Shown: positions 1 through 12,786, counted from the stretch's first letter. The stretch is 64,000 bases of DNA from Octopus vulgaris (GCA_951406725.2 OX597816.1:80290001-80354000), one strand, 5' to 3'. The notes: generated by a model not told the origin, from the letters alone. Program-made: numbers and translations.

Positions 1-560
1 ACAGACACTTAAAAACAATTTCATACATAATATTATCGTTTTGAAAAATACTTCCCCTCATTTAGTAAATCCTTTTTCCAATATTCATATATGCCAGCAC
101 AACACAACTCTGTACACATACGCACATGCACAAAAAAGAAAACATCACAAAACACACACACATACAAACACAAACACACACATGTATTTACACACATACA
201 AAAGAAAACATCACAAAAAACACATAAACACAACTATGTACACACACACAACATACACATAAAAATAAACATCGCGAAAAAATACACATGCACAAATGCA
301 TCCACACATACACTCACACACACACACGCACACACACACACACGAACACACACATACAGTTGATGACCACACACATACACACACGTGGAGACACTCAAAA
401 TAATAGATCTAACCCAAAGAAAAATCCTAATTCTTTCTCCAAGACATTTTTCACAACATACACACCCATCAACTTACAGCTGGTCATTTTCTAAACATAT
501 TGAAAGGACATTCAACACCGCACGCACACACACACACACACATACACACACAGGTGGACA
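1..560. repeat. CA/A-rich low-complexity tract
   Basis: Degenerate (CA)n/(ACAA)n; the H/T-rich ORFs are translations of the repeat. Confidence 0.85.
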
Positions 561-1085
561 TAAAAACCCATTCAATAAATGACTTTTAGTCACTCTCTTG
601 GCAGGAACCCACAAAGATTTCTTTTTGACAATAGACACCCCTTTTCTCACTCTCTAACACTTTGAACTCTATACCAAACTATACTTCAAGAAGACTTCAA
701 TGAAAAATTTCCAGACATGTTCTTGACCCCCAGACAGAAGATAGATTGTTTTTATATCAAATTTTCATAAACTTGTACTAACATTTGATAAGATGAGATA
801 CATCGGAACTGATAATATTTTCTTTATATAATTTTAAAATCATTTTTATTAAAATCCTTCTTAAATTGAAATGTCTTAGACTTACTTCTGTGCTATTTCC
901 ACCTCCATCTATTATATATATATATATATAAACGCACACACACGCCAATACATAAAGAAACACACGCCTAGAGGCACATACCTTCGCCTGCACAGACACA
1001 CATATATGTACACATGCACTCAGACATAACATGTACTTATATACATATAAATATTTATACATACATATACGCACGTACATATACA

Positions 1086-1280
<195 letters not shown>

Positions 1281-1659
1281 ATATATACTTATATACATGT
1301 ATACACAGATGCACATACATCCGCACACATGCATGCCCATATACATATGCACGTACGTATATATCACAGCTTACATATATTCATATATACACACATAGAT
1401 ATGCACACATTCACCCACTAAACATACATATGTGGCTATACGTATATGCAGGCACATATAGAGATACATAATATATGTAGATAGATATGTCACATATATG
1501 TACGCATATACACTCATATACATGTACGTCTCAGTATACATATATACACACACACACACTTGTATCTACAGATGTATACATATATACTCACACATATTTT
1601 TATACACATACGCAGGTGTACATGTATACATTCACACTCATATTCGTATACACTTGCTT

Positions 1660-1760
1660 GTATTATTTTTCGGCCCCGAAGGTAAAGAAAGCAGAGGTGA
1701 CTTCGGCAGGATTTGAACTCAGGGCGCAGGGATCAGAAACATTTACTGCAAAACATTCTA
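1660..1760 (-). mobile_element. Degraded tRNA-derived SINE, family A
   Basis: Reverse complement resembles the B-box and core (gagttcaaatcctgccgaagtcacctctgc) of the other family A copies. Confidence 0.65.
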
Positions 1761-1863
1761 CTAGAAGCCCTATTTTAGTTCTATATTCAAGAGATGAGGA
1801 ATTATGTACATTATTTACATTATTTTCAATTCACGGATATTTGTCCTCATCTTGTTTGTTGTT

Positions 1864-1909
1864 AACACAACGTTTTGGCCGATATACTCTCCAGCCTTCA
1901 TCAGGTGTC
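1864..1909 (-). ncRNA. Minimal type I hammerhead motif, G12A mutant (probably inactive)
   Basis: Minus strand: gacac-CTGATGA-aggctgg...ggcc-AAAA-cg-tt-gtgtt; inverted copy of 2434-2479. Confidence 0.7.
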
Positions 1910-1973
1910 TTGGAAAAATTTCGAACCTGGGTTCTCATGCTTAAAGTATTTTTTGTTGTTGTTGTTGTTGTTG

Positions 1974-2015
<42 letters not shown>

Positions 2016-2039
2016 GTATTAATATTACTCAGTTCATTC

Positions 2040-2097
2040 TTGGGGTTAAGAGCGCGGGCTACTAACCCCAAGATTCCGAGTTCGATTTCAAACAGTG

Positions 2098-2142
<45 letters not shown>

Positions 2143-2410
2143 GCCCTGATGCAGTACCAGACTGGCTCTCATGGTTTCTGATCTTAACTGATTGGAATTG
2201 TTATCATGTACATTATTTTGTCTTGGTATAAAAGATGGGCTACAGCAAATATTCTGCTCAAGACCACAGATTTGCATGTCAGTTGTTTGAACTTAACCAG
2301 TTGAGCATGTCCCTTAGTGGATGACGATATGTGCATCTCTGACCACGAACAGAAGTAGTTGGGGAGCATCATGGCCCTGTGTTGAAAGGAATTCTTAGAG
2401 GTTTAGATAA
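2040..2410 (+). mobile_element. tRNA-headed SINE-like repeat interrupted by (AAT)n
   Basis: Head ggttaagagcgcgggctactaacccc...ccgagttcgattt with A/B-box-like motifs; extent of body is approximate. Confidence 0.55.
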
Positions 2411-2433
2411 TGCCAGGTTCGAAATTTGTCCAA

Positions 2434-2479
2434 GACACCTGATGAAGGCTGGAGCGTATATCAGCCGAAACGTTGTGTT
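2434..2479 (+). ncRNA. Minimal type I hammerhead ribozyme
   Basis: Stem I gacac/gtgtt; CTGATGA 2439-2445; stem II ggctg/cagcc; GAAA 2467-2470; palindromic stem III ACGT; GUU triplet. Confidence 0.85.
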
Positions 2480-2533
2480 AACAACAAACAAGATGACAAA
2501 CATCCGTCAGTTGTAAATAATGTAGAAGTCCTA

Positions 2534-2705
<172 letters not shown>

Positions 2706-2996
2706 ATGCTTATATGTGTGTGTATAATTGTATGTTTTTTTTACGCCGAGTTTCGCCACAGTTTGAGTTGTTTATAGCTGGCGAGAGCAGACCAGCCTCG
2801 AGACGAATTGAAAACACCCTGTGAAAGTTTATGATAAGCGTGCTACCCACTCTACCCGATGTATTGAGTTTTCTATCAGATAATCTTTGTACTATGTGAA
2901 ATGTATTTTAGCATTCTCTCCAATACATATATTATGATATGCCTATATGTGCGTGCGTGAGTGTGTGTGTGTGTGTGTGTGTACGTGTGTGTGTGT

Positions 2997-3036
<40 letters not shown>

Positions 3037-3220
3037 GAGAGAACTGGATCCTGAAAAGAGAGAGTTACAGAGGGCTTGAAAGAAGGAGAGTGAGAAAAAG
3101 TAGTTAGTGTTCATTTCACACTATGCATAGATAAGATGCAATTTTGCATCCGCAGTTCTAAGGTAATTACATCATTGGTGATTGCTGTAAACTAATTATA
3201 TGTCTGATAATTATAGCAGA

Positions 3221-3221
<1 letters not shown>

Positions 3222-3301
<80 letters not shown>

Positions 3302-3350
3302 CACCTTCATCGTCACCATCACCATCATCATCATCATTATTATTATTATT
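3222..3350. repeat. (AAT)n/(CAT)n trinucleotide repeats
   Basis: Read directly. Confidence 0.95.
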
Positions 3351-3934
3351 ACTATAGTAATAATGACAAGTAGTATCGTCAGTATCTTAATATGATTAGC
3401 AGTGTTAATAATAGTAGTTTTATTAATCAAAAGTGCAAAGCCATCGCAAAGTAGAAATTTTAAATAGTATTCTCGATCGCAAGGCGGAATGTAAGTTTTA
3501 TATACGCACATTGTGTGTGCATGTGCATGTATGTACGTATATGAATCTCTGTATGCATTGTTTTAGCAGCACTTACATGTATATTTATATGCATAAAATT
3601 ATACATATATATTTACTTACAAAACTTCACACACACATAGAGACAAGCAGTCATACATACACTCGTACGCACGCACACCACATACATACAGTCGCACTCA
3701 AAGTTATGTGGTTAAGACGTTCTCTACACAGTGACCACACACTATATATAAATATATATAATCAAAATAAGTAACAGGATATCAAGTAGTAATGCAGTAC
3801 GACTGTTTCAAGCGGCTCCATTTAGTAGAACAATGCAGTCATTCCATCAATCTAAATACATCGCTATCTTCAACAAGACATATATATATATAGTAAGAAA
3901 AAGGAGGAAGAGAATTTCGACTATCCCGTACCTT

Positions 3935-4515
3935 TCTTTCATTGGACACTAAACTCTGCTTGCGAAGACCTCTTGAAGCAAGTGAAATCGAAATCAAATT
4001 CGATGACAGCATCGCATGACTGGTGTCCGTGCTAGTGGAGCGCTAAGAGCACCATCCGAGCGTGATCGTTGCCATAGCTGCTGACTGGCCCCCGTACCGG
4101 TGGCGCGTAAAAAGCACCATTCGAGCGTGATCGTTACCAACGTTGCCTTACTGGTACTTGTGCCAGTGATACGTGAAAAGAAACATTCGAGTGAGGGCAT
4201 TGCCAGTGCCGCTGGACTGTCTTCTGTGCAAGTGACACGTAAAAACACCATTTGAGCGTGGCCGTTGCCAGTACCGCCTGACAGGTCCTCGTGCCGGTGG
4301 CACGTAATAGCACCCACTTCACTCTCGGAGTTGTTGGCGTTAGGAAGGACACTCAGCTGTAGAAACTCTGCCAGATCAGATTGGAGCTTGGTGCAGCCAT
4401 CTGGCTCACCAGTACCCAGTCAAACCGTCCAACTCATGCCAGCATGGAAAGCGGACGTTAAACGATGATGACGATGATGATGATGATTATGATGATGATG
4501 ATTATGATGATGATG
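3935..4515 (+). mobile_element. SINE-like retroposon with four internal ~64-bp tandem units and a (GAT)n tail
   Basis: Units agcaccattcgagcgtgatcgttgcca...gtggcacgtaaaa at 4048-4310; tail catgccagcatggaaagcggacgttaaacgatgatga. Confidence 0.75.
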
Positions 4516-4702
4516 AAAGAAGGAAAATGTACACAGTTTACACAGTTTAAATGTATTTTAAGTGAAAGGGCATTGTGGTTGTCGCCCGGTTTCGTTTTCG
4601 CCAGTCATGACATTTAAATTATTGTAATTTCGTATTTTCTTAAGATTTTAGCCCATGTTCTTGCATGAAAGTTATATATATATATATATATATACATACA
4701 TA

Positions 4703-4914
4703 CACAAGTGCAAACAAGGGAGTCAGAGAAAGGCAGAATGCTACTTATATCTGAACACTACTACAGAAATATTCTTTTAAAAAAAACCTTTCTTCTAATT
4801 TTTCTAAATTTAATTATTTAATCGTTACAGTTGAAAAGGTCTCAAAACGACCGAAACCGGTACTGAAAGATTCACTATAAAATCATCTTAGCATTTTCTA
4901 TTTTTGACTTGTTT

Positions 4915-4920
<6 letters not shown>
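4703..4920 (+). mobile_element. ~220-bp hammerhead-bearing element, copy 1 (PLE terminal-repeat-like or non-autonomous), inside (TA)n
   Basis: Near-identical to 62808-63025; flanked by TA-rich repeats on both sides. Confidence 0.8.
4825..4868 (+). ncRNA. Minimal hammerhead ribozyme with U3-A8 variant core
   Basis: cag-TTGAAAA-ggtc(tcaaaac)gacc-GAAA-ccgg-TA-ctg; palindromic stem III ACCGGT; GUA triplet. Confidence 0.78.
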
Positions 4921-4979
<59 letters not shown>

Positions 4980-6249
4980 TGTATACATACATACATGTAC
5001 GCACACACACACACACACACACGCACATATATATGGAAACTCCATCCATCCATTCATTTATACATACATATGTACGTACATGCATGAGAGACACTCAACA
5101 TTAAGCCTCATACATATGGCATGAAACACGAATCGTTGAATGTGTCATGAATACTATCTCCAACATTAATACAACTTCTATCAGCCTTGTTAAATATGCA
5201 GTTATATATCTGACGGCATGCTGTGAAGTAGACATTTGTTCAAAATCCTAGAGATATCCATCTCAAACTTGGATACACAATGTAGCGATTTGCTATAAAT
5301 AACATGGTTGAACATCTCGCTGACACTAGCTTGAACAACTGAAGAGAAATAACATCACGAAAGGTGAATTAAATGTTTTTAGTTACTGTTATAGAAATAA
5401 CCGTAACGATAAAGCACATTTTTCATGGAATTATGAACTCAATAATTATTTTATTAATTGTTTTATAATGGCAAAAATATTCCCTTGTTGGCTATACCTC
5501 TGTATTGGAACTACAGTAGGATGAACTTTACCCAGTATGAAATTATTTTGTGACGAAACAATTACCCAACAACTAAATTTGTTGTACGCAAGAGGAAGGC
5601 TGATAATTACTTTATAATTGATAAGCGTAATTTTATTGCCAGAAGTGTGAACATATTTTACAAATAACACTACGCTTTTACAAATAAGAGTACGCCTAGG
5701 ACAACATGCCTATAGCAACGATGACATCAAATGTCACAACAGATTGCCATGCTGTCAATGCCTGTGGCAGTAATGATGTTAATTAGTGTACTACAAACTA
5801 AAACAGCGCGGACTATTTAAAAATTAGTTGTATCGTTAGTGAAATATTTCAAGACGAGAATAATTTCATATTTAAGATTCTTGTTACAAACTCATATTGG
5901 ACTAGCTTTAGTGAAACCAACTGATTGTTGACTGTTAAAGCTGTTTAACGAAATAGAAGTAATGTCTTATATTTAAGGCAGATTTACACTAGCATGCATG
6001 CCTTCCCAAAAACTGCAAAGCCGCGTCTTAGAAATACTAAAGAAGTAAAATAAAAAGCAAGAAAAAGTGCTACTACTGATTTGATAAGTATAAATAAAAA
6101 ATAGTTCATCGACCGAAGACTATCAGTATGTGGTGTTTATCCTATTCAAGTAAATAATTACACTCTTCTGCAGATCAACACAAACATGTCCAGTGTCTTC
6201 AGAGTTACATCCAGAGTGTTTGGGTGTCAATCTGAGGATATGTACCAGC

Positions 6250-6852
6250 CTCATGGTGTTTGAAGTGAACACTAGTGATGGCGATGTTATGCCTCCATTC
6301 ATCTTCCACACGGCCTCAGACTCAAAACGGAGGACTACATCAAGTACCCGGAGGAAGTAGTGCTACCCTGGGTCAAGAGGGTGGCTGCTGAATGACTCTG
6401 TCTGGCAACAAGACTCTGCACCGTGCCGCACAAGCAGAAGAACCCATTCATGGCTGTTAGCCAATTTCTGTGACCATATCAACTCTAACATCTGGCCACC
6501 TAACTCCAAGACTGCAAACCCTTTAATTATTATGTGTGGGGCGCAGTTGAGCGATAGACCGACAAAACTCTAACACCAAAGATGAACTGAAGGCAAGGAT
6601 TATGGTAGCATATTAAACAAGGAGACCGTTCTTGTGGAATTTGTGGAAATTTTTCCCTTGTGGAGTTGCAAGAAATTCCGAAGTCGTCTTGAAGCTGTGG
6701 TTGAAGCCAATGGTGATTTTATTGAATAAATTTACTCTTTAGTATTTCAAGATATTTATATGTAATTTTGGTAAATATATCTGTTAAAATGAGATGTCAG
6801 TGTTATTTTCATTTTTGCATAACTTAGACGACAGTTTATTCACCCCACCCTG
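6250..6852 (+). mobile_element. maT/DD37D-type Tc1-mariner transposon, decayed 3' half
   Basis: Frameshifted MVF.V..SDGDVMPPFIF...VWQQDSAPC...IWPPNS...YYVWGAVE; ends caccccaccctg followed by TA. Confidence 0.85.
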
Positions 6853-7023
6853 TATATATGTATATACGTAGTAGTTATTTAAATTTTGGGTATACACCTG
6901 GTAGTATTCCGATTAAAGCACTTTCACTGTCTATGGCTACCTGATGTCACCCACAATACTTGTATAAATGCCACTAGATCAACCACAGGAATTCTTCAGA
7001 TTTTTCCTCAATTCATTGAAAAC

Positions 7024-7127
7024 TCACCTGATGAGACACAGCTGCACCGAAGAATGCACAATAACCAGTTGCATAGTATCTCACCCGTGAGGGATCGCTG
7101 CAAGATGAGTCGAAATGATCATTGCGA
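7024..7127 (+). ncRNA. Type I hammerhead with long stem II insertion
   Basis: tcac-CTGATGA(7028-7034)-gac...gtc-GAAA(7112-7115)-tgatca-TT-gcga; palindrome ATGATCAT; AATAAA at 7130. Confidence 0.65.
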
Positions 7128-7232
7128 TTAATAAAGAATCACGTGAATTCCATTTTCCGTTCCTCTCGTGTTGTATATAATTTGTGTATGTGTGTATATG
7201 TGTGTATCATTATTGATGATAATTACTATTAA

Positions 7233-7771
7233 CCCTTCGTTCGTTACATGAGGTGTGTTGTCACCCCAAAGTATTCTAAATGCTCGTAATTTCTAATTCG
7301 CGACGTTTCTCCCACTTCCTCTACTTTCTGATCCAGTGAGTGTTGCGGGTGGTGTGACGCAGTCGCGGCTCAGTTGTCGTGGGAGGTAGGCGTCGGTTTT
7401 GTTTAGTCACCCCATGTGTTCAAGTTTTGATTTAATGGATATTGTAACGGAGATTGCCTGTTATGCTATTTTTTAATATTAATATTCATCATTGATATTA
7501 AACAATTCCACAAAATAAATGTGATCTAAATCTAAGATTTTTTTTGTTTTTCCTTAATTTAATGATTTATTTTATTGTGTTGTTCTCTATTAATATCACT
7601 CAACTGCAAGGGCTTCAAATTTCTCAACAGTGATTGCAAATATATCCTGAACCAGCAAAATTAGTATATTTTACATAAATAATACTGAAACTATAAACAT
7701 TTTTGTATTTAGGTGTGCAAACACGCCAAGTAACTAACCATGTTCAGAAAGGTTAGGTGATTAACGAAGGG
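7233..7771. mobile_element. piggyBac-like non-autonomous element
   Basis: TTAA|cccttcgtt ... aacgaaggg|TTAA; no ORF. Confidence 0.75.
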
Positions 7772-8114
7772 TTAATGAAAGAGGGTCTACCGATACAAGA
7801 CCCATGACATAGTTTGTTTCAATCCTCTACAAAACGTTGTTGTTAATGCTTAGAAAACCTTTTATTGCTTTTAATCCGATTGCTACTTAAATTCTGATTA
7901 CAAAAGCGGCTGAAATATTATCATGGAATTTATGATAGACCATGAAGATTGGCAAGAGTCTAATATATTCCTGAAAATTATTCTCTGAGCAACTGATGTG
8001 TTACTATTTCATTATTGGATTATTGGATCATAGTAATATTAATAGTAATATTGGATCATAGTAATATTAACCGTAACCACAATACAATTCATATTAGAAA
8101 CCTTTGATAATATT

Positions 8115-8445
8115 GATTTCAAATTCTGGCACAAAGCCAGTAAGTAAGGGGGAGGGATATGTCAATAACATCGAACCCAGTGTTCTACTGGTACTTATTT
8201 TATCGACTCAAAAGGATGAAAGGCTAAGTGGACCTCGGCGGAATTTGAACTTAGAACGTACAGACGGCCGAAATACCTATTTCTTTACTACCCACAAGGA
8301 GCTAAACACAGAGAAGACAAACAAGGACAGACAAACGGATTAAGTCGATTATAGTTGAGTTTGAACTCATGACGTAGCGGCAGACGAAATACCGCAAAGC
8401 ATTTCGCCCGGCTTACTAACGTTTCTGCTAATTCGCTGCCTTCTT
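8115..8445 (-). mobile_element. SINE family A composite copy
   Basis: Reverse complement of gagttcaaattccgccgaggtc...gataaaataagtaccag core. Confidence 0.85.
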
Positions 8446-8659
8446 AAGTTCTATATATTACTTTCAACACGGAAATCTACGTAGCTACTCAACATGCAGT
8501 AAAATCGGCAAATGTTAACGAAAATCTATTGAACCAAGAACGGAACTGAATCATAATCGTGGTTTTCTTCAGTTTTCCTTTTTACGGGCTCTTTACTTAG
8601 TAATTGGTTGTGCATGATATTGTTTTGGGGCCAATATTATTTTAGGTTTTAGGTACGAC

Positions 8660-9030
8660 GGGGAAAATGCTAAGCGGTATTTCGTCTGACGTTACGTTCT
8701 GAGTTCAAATTCCGCCGAGGTCAATTTTGCCTTTCATCCTTTCGGGGTCGATTAAATAAGTACCAGTTACGCACTGGGGTCCATATAATCGACTTAATCC
8801 GTTTGTCTGTCCTTGTTTGTCCTCTCTGTGTTTAGCCCTCTCGTGGGTAGTAAAAAAAAATAGGTATTTCGTCTGTTTTTACGTTTTGAGTTGAAATACC
8901 TCCGAGGTCGACTTTGCCTTTTATGTTTTCGGGATCAATAAATTAAGTACCAGTTGTGTACTGGGGTCGATATAATCGACTGGCTCCCTCCCCCAAAATT
9001 TCTGGCCTTGTGCCTATAGTAGAAAAGAAT
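8660..9030 (+). mobile_element. SINE family A dimeric copy
   Basis: Two cores, e.g. gagttcaaattccgccgaggtcaattttgcctttcatcctttcggggtcga. Confidence 0.9.
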
Positions 9031-9385
9031 ATATAGAATTTAAGTAGTTAAATGAAACGAAACACATTTAGATGTAAATTATTATTTGAAAAATTATATT
9101 ATGTAAGCTTTAGTTGTGTATACATGTAAAACAGCAGTCAACAGTTGTCAATACGCCACTGACGTTGATGAATACCCTTATATATACAGCATGAACATCA
9201 CTATTTTATCATAAACTCTCGGATTCTGAAAGTCCCCGAACTTATCTTCTGACAGCCGATTGAGAGACCAGGTGCTACGATTCAATGTTATTTATTTTTT
9301 CCCACAAGATGTCTATAAACTTGTTATCAATAAGACCAATGCTTATAATAATATATAGTCAGAAGGATAAATGTATATAATGCAA

Positions 9386-9672
<287 letters not shown>

Positions 9673-10116
9673 ATGCTTTCTGAAGTTTCATATATTTTTA
9701 AATTTTAAAAATCATTATTCTTGATTTTATTGCGTTAGCCATGTTTTCACATCAAATTGGGATTGAAAGGAAAATCTGTTGAGATGAATTCCTGAGCCAA
9801 TAAATGGCGTACATTTATGTACATATACATAAATATACATACTTACACACGTACCTACATATATACATTCATAATAAATGCAGACAAACATGTAGGATAG
9901 ATCTATAGAAAATAATTTCTATAGAAGTTATGAGCTTTAAATATTGGTTGAAATTGCTTTACGCAACAATAAAATTTCGATTATATCTAAAGATAGATTT
10001 TTTTCATGTTTACTTCATTTAGGGAGAAAGAAGGTTCTTTTTACTGTGTAGAATGTTTTCACTCTTTTGCATACTTAACATTCACATTGTTATTGTTGCT
10101 GTTGTTGTTCTTTATC

Positions 10117-10117
<1 letters not shown>

Positions 10118-10184
<67 letters not shown>

Positions 10185-10285
10185 CATAATAATCAAAATA
10201 ATAATAATGATAATAATAATAATAGTAATAATAATAACAACAACAACAACAATAATTATAATAACAATAACAATAATAATAATAA
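10118..10285. repeat. (AAT)n/(AAC)n microsatellite
   Basis: Read directly. Confidence 0.95.
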
Positions 10286-10812
10286 TTGTTTATGCATACT
10301 ATTATGATGAAATATGTATGTTATACAATATTTATATATATGCGTATGTATGTTGCTTGTATACATATATAGGTGTGCGTGTGTATACGCATGTATGTTT
10401 GTATGCATATTTGTGTCGGTATTGTTTAGAAAATATTTAATGGGCACATTTAAAGAGCTTAATCTGTATATCATCATTAGCACAAAACTAAGAAACTATG
10501 AAGTGATGCATAGCTATGTGTGCGTGTATTTCTGTGAGTTGCGTGTCTGTGTGTGTATTGTAGGTACATCCCATCCAACTGACTTCTTCACAGTTTCCGT
10601 CAACTAAAGTCAATTTCCTTGCCATGTGTCGACAGATGGCTATGATGAAAGACAGTTACTAACTATCCAAACTATGTTTTGTCATGATCTCATGTCGGCA
10701 TATGCTATGTGAGTCAACTTAGTCTGTAGGAAACTGTACGGAATCTCGCCGGATATATTACATTTGTAATACACACAAAGACTCATTAAGAGAAACACAT
10801 ACACACGCGTAA

Positions 10813-10849
<37 letters not shown>

Positions 10850-10901
10850 CGTTTGTTTTGTACACCACCTGTCTTCGTCTTTTGTCTTTTTCGTAAACTC
10901 T

Positions 10902-10949
<48 letters not shown>

Positions 10950-10955
10950 AGAGTT

Positions 10956-11010
<55 letters not shown>

Positions 11011-11299
11011 ATGTATGTATGTATGTATGTATGTATGTATATACTGACATGTATGCATGAATATTTCATCATCAGTATATGCCGTTTTCACACTTATTGA
11101 AAGGAGTTTTGGATTATTGAAAATGCTGACAAATGTCTTAAAATCATTGTTGCTATATATGCGGAACTCCACTACTTTTCAGAATGCTGCAAACTCTTTT
11201 GTACACAAAACTCAGACAGAATTAGAGGACTCTGGTGGGAGTAGTTGAGCTGTACCAACTGTATCAAAAATATTCTAAACGTTCATACATTATTAAAGC

Positions 11300-11770
11300 A
11301 CCGCAATTCATCCAATGAATTCAAACTATTATCTATAATCATCCCAGAAAAACAATGGGTGCCCTCGCCAAAGAACTATAGATGTTGGAGTGGACTACTA
11401 TGTATGCGGTGCTCGAGGACTTTCGAAATTATTCGTACGTACTCGAGGAAAGGCCAATTCACTTCCTTAATGACAAGAAAACCATTCGTTCCATACCAAG
11501 CGGTTGTTTAACAAGATTTAAAACCCCCACTAACATAGCATAAACTTGGTTATTTTCTGATAAGAATTTCTTCGACTAAACAGAGAGTCTAACAGGAGAA
11601 ATCACGGATCGATATATGTAGATCCTTCCAATGTCCAGAGGTTGTGCACCCTAAGTTTCTTGCAACAGTGATGGATTTAGAAGTGGTGAGAAATAAAGGT
11701 CATGCCATGCCACCGTACATCATTTCACAAGGTCTTAGAGTTAAGGCAGCTGGATACTTTGAGGTGCCCG
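11300..11770 (+). pseudogene. Second decayed maT-like transposase fragment
   Basis: WLFSDKNFFD...RRNH and HPKFLATVMDLEVVRNKGHAMPPYIISQGLRV, homologous to the 6250 fragment; 5' boundary approximate. Confidence 0.7.
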
Positions 11771-11830
11771 AGACAATTCTTCGCTTGCATATTTGAGTTT
11801 GTTGGCACTGTTAGTTACGAGCAGATCTTC

Positions 11831-11869
11831 GAAAGCGATGAGAAGCCGAAAGGGTATACTCTCACTTTC
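11831..11869 (+). ncRNA. Degenerate hammerhead relic
   Basis: gaaag-C(-)GATGA-gaagcc-GAAA-gggtatactc-TC-actttc; U4 missing and stem II collapsed. Confidence 0.5.
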
Positions 11870-11899
11870 AGTGTTTTCAAATCCAAACCAAGGAGTTTC

Positions 11900-11951
11900 T
11901 GAGCTGATGATAGAAGTGTCGTGTTGACTAATCTTGAAACGTACGTTCTCA
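11900..11951 (+). ncRNA. Minimal type I hammerhead ribozyme
   Basis: tgag-CTGATGA(11904-11910)-t.aga..gtc/gac..tct.t-GAAA(11936-11939)-cgtacg-TT-ctca; palindrome ACGTACGT. Confidence 0.8.
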
Positions 11952-12136
11952 AATAACCTTTGCATTTGATTTTTTGATGTCTTTACCCCAAACTTTCGTG
12001 AGTTGAGTTAAGCAAACACTATATGAGAGAGGTTTTCTTTAAGTATTAGAAATAGTTTTAAAAAGTTTTTTAGCTGCTATTTCTAATGAGTTCAGTATGC
12101 GGCAAAGTAATTTATTTTACTAAGCCCTTTTATATA

Positions 12137-12225
<89 letters not shown>

Positions 12226-12786
12226 TGAAATAATCGCAGAAATCAAATTATTAATATTGCGAGTCCTTTTTTACAATTATTTCCGATAATTGAATCAAAA
12301 TTAATGAAGTACGCGAAATATAACTTATTGTCAACAACATTTAGGTTGACATTTAAATTTGTAAAACATGTGAATACTGGAGTGTAACATGGTTTGAATA
12401 CTGAGCCGCAATTCGAATGATAACGTCTCGTGCTGTCTTGCGCATCGCCAACTTCATTTACTCTATAGAGAGAGAGGACCCAACCCATTCAATATATGAA
12501 TACTGAGATACTCTATACTCATACATTTTAGCGGACCTCGAAAAGGTTTTATATCCGTAATGAATACAAATACATAAATGGAAGATGAAGCAAGTTTTAT
12601 CAACTGAAAAACTAACTGGTCATCGCCAATCAATGATATCTATCTCAATTTTCCTTTTGTTGGACAAATATCATCAAAGACTTCGAAGGTGAATTTTAGT
12701 TCCAGATCACACTGATCAAACAGCAGTGACTTTTGTATATCTGCCTCTTTGTATATTTAGGGTATTTAAGGTTACATTGCCTAACA

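Noticed and set aside
2795-2812. Hammerhead-like CTGGCGA-gag...ctc-GAGA starting near 2778
   Set aside because: Both boxes mutated, no stem I or III
3797-3880. Minus-strand hammerhead-like TTGAAGA...GAAACAGTC with long stem II
   Set aside because: No stem I pairing and uncompensated core; at most a relic
4048-4310. CRISPR-like repeat-spacer appearance
   Set aside because: Middles are homologous to each other, context is eukaryotic, no cas genes
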